The notes under the pieces were generated by a model, which was given only the letters and a program-made list of their open reading frames with translations, searched no databases and was not told the DNA's origin. A stretch of 57,006 bases of DNA, counting the filler, from Sphacelaria rigidula (lineage: Eukaryota), in assembly GCA_964200075.2 (NCBI GenBank). It is 5 parts of 5 records of this genome, joined end to end, with 100 filler letters (N's around TTAATTAATTAA, not from the genome) between each part and the next. Parts side by side here need not be neighbours in the genome. Positions count along the whole stretch, not along the records: positions 45,687 to 57,006 come from CAXNAA020005069.1; 4 more parts are not named here. One strand, written 5' to 3'. The number at the start of each line of letters is the position of its first letter. The stretch's first letter is position 1. The position numbers and the translations under genes are program-made. This document shows, in pieces, positions 49,419 to 57,006 of the stretch.

Positions 49419-49719
49419 CTTGTACTCGCCCGTTTTGCAGAACGAAGCCGTCTCGACGTTTCCTGGCTCTGCTTGCCCCTCTTCTCGATCCGACAAACCA
49501 AGAATCGCCCAATGGACAACGTGCCCCCCACCCCCACCAGATACAACAGACCACTCAGCACATTTAGGGGAGGGCAGCTCGTCAGCTGAGGGGCACCGGT
49601 ATTTGTCGGGTTCGGTGTGTTCGGCACGGAGAATCTGAAGGCTCGCAATCGGAAACCTGTCTTCGCTATCGACGACTGCTAGAGCCGAGCAAGCTATTTT
49701 TCCAGCCATTTTGGTCATT
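49419..49719 (-). CDS. Putative WD40 exon
   Basis: TAG acceptor and GTGAAT donor. Encodes KIACSALAVVD...WSVVSGGGGGHVVHWAI (WD40-like). Confidence 0.45.
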
Positions 49720-51515
49720 CTATCCGGAGCGCAAAATTACACGCAGGAGGGGGGAGCGGGAGTATTCAAAGGCAGAAAAGGGGCGGGGATATTGGATTCA
49801 AAATGTCGCTGGTTTATGCCATGAATGTATATATATATATATATACAAGGTTCCACTTCGGGAGGTTGGTACGCGCCTCCCAGGGGTGACGCAAGTCGAA
49901 AATATATGGCTAAGAGTAGACCTCTACTCATTATGCTAGCACGGTTTACATATTAGCGACCCATCATTTTTTTTAGATATTGTTTTTTTCAAAAACCGTG
50001 CTAGCATAATGAATAGAAGCCTAGTTGAGAGAGGCCGTCGTATCTCAATGGATAGTATAGTGATCGTGACCGTACACATCATCGCATGTGTTATCGGATG
50101 TCGTTCGGAAATATGGACATTCGGGCGGAGGCCCACGGCAGACCCGCCGGCGTAGGACATGTATATGTGGCATTTCCGAGGTACCAGAGTGCGAAGTAGC
50201 TTTCGTGCCACACAGGCATGGCAGCGGGAAGCACTGCCAAAAATTTGGAATGCGTGGAATATTCTTGGCATGCTCTTTGCACATCACTGTGGCTTCTACA
50301 TCACCGGGCCTTTTTTTAACACAGGGCAATTGTTTTTGCGGCAAAAGACTCCTGTGCTGCCGTCCTGTGTGCCTCGTAGAACTCGCCAACGGCCCATTGC
50401 ACGGTCTTGTAGTTGCTGCTGGCTAAGACCAAGACAATGTTCAATTGTTTTCAAGTGCTTTGCTCTTATGTTCTCGTGACATTGGCGGCATAACCGTCGT
50501 GTTCGTGCTCCCAAATGAACGAGAACGCGACGAAGAGAAACACGGAAAAAAAATACCCCGTCGAAAGTATTCCTGTTTGAATTCTTGCATGATCTTCAAC
50601 AGGCTTTTTTTGTGGTTCGGATTCCTGTTTCACGTTTTCCAATATCCTGAAAAGGTTTTCGTGGTTCGGGATCGATACCCCCCGAAAAAGAGCCAGTTTG
50701 AGCGACTTTCGGTGGCCAGAGCACGCGCCACAGGTATCAGATGACACCCAAACCTGAACGGTAATGTACCGATGAACCTCCTTGATGCGCCGCAGAAAAA
50801 AGCGCGGGAAAAAATGCCCTGCCGCCAGAGAAAACTCGGCAAAAGTGGTGAAAAATGTGAAATGATACATGTACATATATAGAGAGAGGTAAATAGATAG
50901 ATCTCACACTGCCCATTGATACTTTTTGTCCTGGTCGTCATGCATCGTATTGTATACAGCGGGCAATGGCCAGCGGGTCATAGGGCGCGCTCAAGCTCCG
51001 CGTGTGCCCACGCATAAAATTCTGAGTGTTGAACGTAGCTTTGAGGAGATACGTTTGCGTTGCCCTTGAGTGAAGCAGCGAATGACACTTCTAAGTTGAC
51101 TTATGAAGAATGTCACAATGCGCTAATTTGCCTCCACATTTTATCATAGACCAGCCATACACCGCGGGAAGCGGATGAACGATGCCCTGCACGCCAATGC
51201 TATTGATTGTAAGTCTTCGCGTGTCTTCTCTTGTCTGGTGTATGTAGGGGTTGAAATGCACCGCGTCTGTTCTCGCGAGCTCGGAAATCGTTTAGATCCC
51301 ATGCCATGTGAAATTGTGGTGGTGTTCCCACAAAAGCTCATGCAGCATGTGCACCTAGCCGAATGAATCTGCGAATGACTGTACTCTGTTAGCAGGCGTT
51401 TTATGTTTCGCGACTGGTGTACTCTTTATGTTTCAAAACCGTACCCATGAGGAATACTTCGTGCCCCTACCCGTGCCTTGTAAGAATGCGTTTGCTTGAA
51501 ACAGCCCTTGCGTAC

Positions 51516-51900
51516 CTCCACAGGAACATGCGTCCGTTGGCGAGACCGGTAACCACCAGAGGTGATCTGAAGCTGATAGCAGATATTTTAGATGAGTGCA
51601 GGTCGACAATGCTCCCCAAATAGGAATAGCGGTCCACGGCCTGTAACCGTTCCGATGCGGTTTGCTTCCTTTCGCCTTTCTTCGCCAAGATATCACCGCT
51701 TCGTATGGGAGATGCATTCTCTTTGGTACCGGGCTGTGTTGCCGTGGGAATGCGGGCAAGCTTTGCAGACTTCGGCTGAGCCTCGGAGGCACAACTGCTA
51801 CTCTCGCTGTGTCCGGGGGGAACCGGTAAGCTCCAAACGAAAGCGTCGGTTCTGCGTGCGTTGCAGTTTTCAAGCACAAGCGGTCGATCACCGGCTTTTC
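51516..51900 (-). CDS. Putative WD40 exon (5' boundary uncertain)
   Basis: Contains VDLHSSKISAISFRSPLVVTGLANGRMFLWR, a clear WD40-type repeat, ending at a GTACGC donor. The nearest good acceptor (about 51925) is followed by a stop in this frame. Confidence 0.5.
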
Positions 51901-52916
51901 TTGAGGCTTAGGCGCAGAAATCACCTGGATATTCACGTGTTCTCTTGGGGATCGAGTGAAACGCTTGTCGCGATAATTCGAACTTCATGGGGATATTTTG
52001 ATGCCCGCACGGCAGCGCTTCGTTCTGCTCGACATCCACTGTTTGTTGCACGTTATGCCTGTTGATACCGAGAGCACAAATGGGGAATACCGTTGACCGC
52101 AAAGTGCCCTTTTCTAATCGGCGTTTTTACCGGCAGCGAATTTCAGCGCTCTATTGGCTATTTTTGGCAAGCTGCAGGGCTGAACAAGATGATTTATATT
52201 GGACGAAACATAGGGACAAGTGCTGAGATACCCGGAGCTGCATGATGTATTCGAAGTGCACAGAACCGCACCCGTGAAGGCCCATTACCAAGCCGGCGTA
52301 TGGGTCGACCTGCAAAATATCCATAGACACTGGCTTGAGCGGCCCTCCCAGTCGGCGAATCTCCACCACGGTCACCTTTTTTGTTTACAAAACGAGGAAA
52401 ACGCCGCCAACACGGTACACGTGTGAATACTGCGTTCCACGCCTGCATTACTACGGTTTCGTGCGGTGGATTTGTCGATCCTATCGATGAAAACATACGA
52501 AGTAATCAGACGGAAGCGGGTTTGGACACCGTGTGTTGTAAAGTCGAGTGCAGACGATTGCTGTAGGATGACCGGCAGTGCAAGAACTTCCACCAGACGG
52601 CTACTGAATGACTGCAGTGTTGTCTCTGATTTATAAGATGATATTCGTGCGGTGATCACGAGGACACGCTTCAAAACAGACCTAAACCTATCATTCCCAC
52701 ACAGTTTGCTCGTTTTCGGGTATGAGGTGTGAGTTGAAAAAGGTAAGAAGGACAGGGTTAGCTCTCAAGTTCTGCCATCACAGAGCTCCAATCCAAACAT
52801 CCGTAAAGTAGAGCATTTTACCCTCGTTAGTCGATCATCTTCTTTCATGATCTTATACTCGATGTTTCTTCACATGGCGACTGTCCAAGGCGAAACGTTT
52901 TCCTGCCACCACCCAC

Positions 52917-53084
52917 CTGGGTTCTTTTCGTGGCCGTCGTCGTTGGAGTTGCCGTGCCAAGCGCCGACGTGCGCAAAGGAGACGGGGGAAGATCTCTTGA
53001 CGAAACTCGGAACACGCGAAGATCTTTGTTTTTTTCTGAGACAACCAGAGCTCCTGTGAGAGGGTAAAATGCGGCGGATACGAC
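52917..53084 (-). CDS. Putative WD40/beta-propeller protein gene, exon 3
   Basis: TTGTTTCCAG acceptor (phase 0) and GTGGGT donor. Encodes VVSAAFYPLTGALVVSEKNKDLRVFRV, a WD40-like blade. Confidence 0.6.
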
Positions 53085-53409
53085 CTGGAAACAATTTTGA
53101 AGCAATGTGCATGGAACGACAGGTGCTGACTTCAGTAAACGAGCAGTGGGACTGAAGATACCCGTAGAGCTTGCACAGTAGCACCAATCGAGAAAACTAA
53201 TCCAGGGGCAGGATGTACGAACCAACTGATGCGGTATAATGAACAACCTGACCATCATCATTATCTCTAAATTTCGATAATCAAGTATCCATACCTGTTC
53301 AGATATGATTCATCTCGCACCGACGAAAGAAATCAATTGATAGCGCCGATAGCGAACAAGCATTTTTTTATCGAATGGATCCATTTGGCATCGATGTATT
53401 GTACAATAC

Positions 53410-53590
53410 CTCGCTATCGAATGGCTTTATTTCGCACAAAAGGCGTAACCGTGCACCGAAGACCTTCACACAAGCGCCCATAGCTCGCTGCCCCGCCTCT
53501 CCGTTCTCCGTTTCGAACCCATTGGTGCCTCCATATACAACAGCGTACACGTCATGTCGCTCGGAGCAAAACGCCGCGATGGCACGAGAG
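53410..53590 (-). CDS. Putative WD40/beta-propeller protein gene, exon 2
   Basis: GCGCAG acceptor (phase 2) and GTATTG donor (phase 0). Encodes SRAIAAFCSERHDVYAVVYGG...ACVKVFGARLRLLCEIKPFDSE. Confidence 0.6.
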
Positions 53591-53992
53591 CTGCGCAACA
53601 ACGGCGGTGTGTAATTCAGCCAGCACGTGAATGTTGGGCGGCTAAATGGCGATGGATAACAGTTTTGGCACGCCAGATAAATGCTGGATTTGAAACATAG
53701 TGACCGTAATGGAACAGAACCAAAAATATATCGTCCGTTTCACCGCTTGATATTCGATAGAGTTTTGCTTCGTACTTCCCGCGTAAAATCGGTTTCTAAC
53801 GACGCGCGAGAATAAGGCGCTAGCAGGTTCACGTAGAGGTTCACAATTTGTTCCTACTGTAGCAACGGTCGATGCATACTTGTAGGCTTATGGCAGTTGA
53901 GGAAGACAGACAGGCGAACCCATTTTGCATTATTCCAATGATTTTGAAGCTTTGCGGTTGATGTGTTCTACGAGTAATATCTACGGTAATAC

Positions 53993-54174
53993 CTGCTGGG
54001 TGCCATCACAGCCTTAATCTCTCGTTGGAGTCCCCAGATGCGCAGGGCAGTCGCATCCACTGCGAGAAACTCTTGGCGAGATGTGTTGAATGCGCATGCT
54101 TCAATAGGTACCACGCCATCACGAAGCTGACGCCGATACCCCAGGGAACGATGGGAGATGCGAAGTGGTGTCAT
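53993..54174 (-). CDS. Putative WD40/beta-propeller protein gene, first exon
   Basis: accATG start. Encodes MTPLRISHRSLGYRRQLRDGVVPIEACAFNTSRQEFLAVDATALRIWGL (blade-like). GTATTA donor, phase 2 compatible with the next exon. Confidence 0.6.
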
Positions 54175-54363
54175 GGTAGAAGATGATTCCCACCGTACTG
54201 CTGAAGTGCCTCTTACAGGCCTTGAGGCTCAAAGACAGCACCTAAAGTACGACGATAACGGAACAGAGACTACGGTACCGCACCTTACCCAAATCTGTTC
54301 TTGCTTTCCTCACCCGACGACAAGATTTTGTTGTACGCTCAGTGCAACGGTACGGTACCACGG

Positions 54364-54408
54364 CACAGTGCAGTGCACCACAGTGCAGTGCACCACAGTG
54401 CAGTGTAC
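54364..54408 (+). repeat. 15-bp tandem repeat, three copies (CACAGTGCAGTGCAC)
   Basis: Read directly from the sequence; about 190 bp upstream of the putative WD40 start codon. Confidence 0.85.
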
Positions 54409-56187
54409 AGGCACACCACCCCGTAGCATCTGTACCCTGAACTACTACCTCCTGTCCTTACACGCGCTGAACGACGCTGACGATCATTTGGCTACGCCAG
54501 TCGAGGTATATCGACGCACGTTTTCAAATCCACCGTGTTGTCGCCAGCATGCTACATTCACCAACAGATATTTGATGATCGACTCCTCGGCTGATGTATA
54601 CTGATGGCTCTGCCCAGAATTTAAGGCTCTGGCGGAAACATGCGAGCGAGGCTCATATCGCGTCACCGCCAGTGGCAGCTGACTTCACGTACACGTGCTA
54701 TTCTACGTATGCTTGCAAAGCGATCCAAAACATTGCGGTGAGACATGTGTCGGTTCGTCGAAATGCTCCGTCCTCGCCCCGGTCGTGAACACCCTCACCC
54801 GTTTCTTCGCGCTCAAGTTCTTCGTGATAGAAACCAACCCATCCTCTATGGGGGGTAAACGAATATACGCCCGGCAGAAAGTGGTAACTTGGACATCCAT
54901 TCTAGCTTCGCTCAATAGTTGACAAACGGGATTCGATACAAGGCAACCTACCGTGGAAACGAAAAATGAATATGCCGACGAGCGCACTCCGCGCAGTACG
55001 AAGCAGCCAAGTGACGTTGAGGCGATTGCCTTGGGTATCGGGGGACCTTCTGCTCGACTTGAAGCATCAACAGAAGCAATATAGGGGCGCAGCGGTTGCA
55101 CTTTCGCAATATGGGTGTGCTTGTACAGCTATCACGTAAGAGCACTCTCGAGAAACGAATGCGATATTTGAATATCCCAGCTGGTATCGGACGAACTAGT
55201 CGATGTCGCAGTACCTTCTTGTGCTGTAGACTTGTCTTCATCCATCTACATATATTTCGATAAATGCGTGAACGTACCTCCATGAAGAAACCCTTCTAGC
55301 TTCAAGCACCTATGCTACTCGTACAGAGGACTTGACTCAGGGTTTTTCTAAGCGAGAAGGTCACCTTAGGTACCACCCCCGAAAAGAGCCAGACATTAGA
55401 GTCAACGAACTCCATTTTAAGCAATCATCAACACACCCTTCATACACGTGGGAAATTTCCCGGGGTATATCCTCAACGAACTCCGGCTTGATTCGATCGC
55501 TACAGCGCACATGTTGGCGATGGAAATCTCTCTGAACGCACCAACACAAGATATAGTCATGTGTACACGTCTGGAGGTCATTCTCCATTCTACTCTTGCG
55601 AGACGCGATCGCAGATAACTCTCGCTGCACTGAATCCAGACCAACACCTTCGCAAACCCAGGAGTACTTGCTAGTAGCCATCGTTCGAGGCCAACATTGT
55701 GCCCATGACTTCAATAAGTAGTGCGATATTTGCGAGTGGCGATCTCGACTTCCGCACTGACTATGAGTTCACGGCAAGGGTACAGCGCTGAAAGGCAGTG
55801 GTGTCTATGTGTTGTATATGTGTCTTAGTTTCAGAGCGCATATCGAGTCGTCTCACTTCGCTTGGTGGTAAAGGTAGAGATACCGTCGAGTACGTGCACG
55901 TCGTATGAGCGTAAAAGATGCGGTCGAAGCCATAGCTGAAAGCAACATACTCCGACGTAAATATCTGTTGTGCTGCGATTGTTGAGCACGGTGGTTTTGC
56001 CGCCCGTGGTTCTAGCTGGCGAATCCACGCTCTCTGGACCACGTACGTGGAGTTTCGGAATCTTGTTTTGTTTGCCAGCGTAATTTCTTGTCGACGTGAG
56101 GCCGAAGAAAACAACAATATCGGGCTGCCACGATTTGACAATATCTGGCAGCCTAACTTTTTTAACGAGTTTTTTCTGCTCAGGCCG

Positions 56188-56657
56188 CTCCTTATGGTAG
56201 ACAAAAATAAATATCTGGAGCAGTGCCTTTTTGGAGCTTCCACGTCATTTCACGCCCTATGGGAGAGCCAGGCGAATTTTGACACCTTGCAATACCTTGC
56301 TGTACTGATTGAGACGGTCGCAGCACATCTGTGTGTTTTTCCGATGGCTGCAATTTTTTCTTGCTCAAACTTGCATTTTTTTCGAGATCGATCATTTTCT
56401 TGGTGACCGTTCAAGTCTTGTAAATATTCTGAGGTTTGCCTGGACTTGACCGGTCTCCGAGAAAAATGAAAAGTTGGCCGAAAAAAACTGCGGCCACCGG
56501 GAAAACGCACAGGTGCCCTAGAACCGCCTCAACGAGTACAGCAAGGTGTTCCAAGGTGTCAAAATCCGCTTACGTAGCTCTCGTTTAGGGCGTGAAACGA
56601 CATAAAAGCTCCAAGAAGGCACTTTTCCAGATATTTATTTTTTTCTGCCATGAGGAG
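56188..56657. mobile_element. Foldback element family G, copy 2
   Basis: CTCCTTATGGTAGACAAAAATAAATATCTGG...CCAGATATTTATTTTTTTCTGCCATGAGGAG. The right arm shares GCCCTAGAAC.GCCTCAACGAGTACAGCA with 45095-45123. Confidence 0.82.
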
Positions 56658-57006
56658 TGACCTTATACGCTCATGAATAAGAATCAAGCTCCGTCTCTTG
56701 TCAGCGTTAGGGATGCGATGTTTTTATTCCACAGTTTAGGGCTTGGTGCAACACGAGTAGCGGCAGCATAACTTGGATAATATAGAACCGCATGGAGACG
56801 TTTTTGGGATACCTTCTGATACAGATACCTTTGGCGTTAGCTTCGCTGCTGCTGATGTGGCCCACATGTTCGAGGTTGGCGTGCTTGAAGCTTGAAGCTG
56901 AAGGGGTGGGGGAGGGGGGGGGGGGGGGGGGGGGGGGTGTGGAGCCGGTCGGTGGGGAGGGGAGGGGGGGGAGTGGATAGGAGAGCAACTCACCATGCGT
57001 CTCCTC

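Noticed and set aside
54600..54760. Possible DIRS/Ngaro tyrosine-recombinase fragment (AATGGD)
   Set aside because: No HSLRxG or GRWxS motif in the frames I translated.

Overview
Eukaryotic, intron-rich and very repeat-dense nuclear DNA. It is most consistent with a stramenopile, probably a brown alga; this is inferred from gene style and repeat types, not proven. The window is five contigs joined by 100-bp N spacers that carry the artificial all-frame stop linker TTAATTAATTAA. Best-supported gene: the last five exons of a TTI1 (TELO2-interacting protein 1) homologue on the minus strand (34049-26575), with fully consistent splice phases. A second, possibly disrupted, WD40/beta-propeller gene runs on the minus strand from 54174. 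Mobile DNA dominates the rest. It includes a decayed Ty1/copia gag-protease-integrase fragment (-) meeting an oppositely oriented LTR+gag fragment (+) at a CAG tract, a solo LTR, a LINE ORF2 scrap, tRNA-derived SINEs, and many non-autonomous TIR elements. The TIR elements comprise long TA-flanked foldbacks, TTAA-flanked piggyBac-like MITEs and two families with 8-bp target-site duplications. I found no CRISPR array, rRNA, intact tRNA or intact transposase. The most unusual signals are a G-run-anchored modular repeat that has inserted into a G tract, a ~0.85-kb array of CAATATATATTG-like palindromes with non-repeating spacers, a train of four abutting or nested TIR elements, and a TTAA MITE carrying telomere-like TTAGGG units. 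None of these can be shown from sequence alone to be a new biological system.
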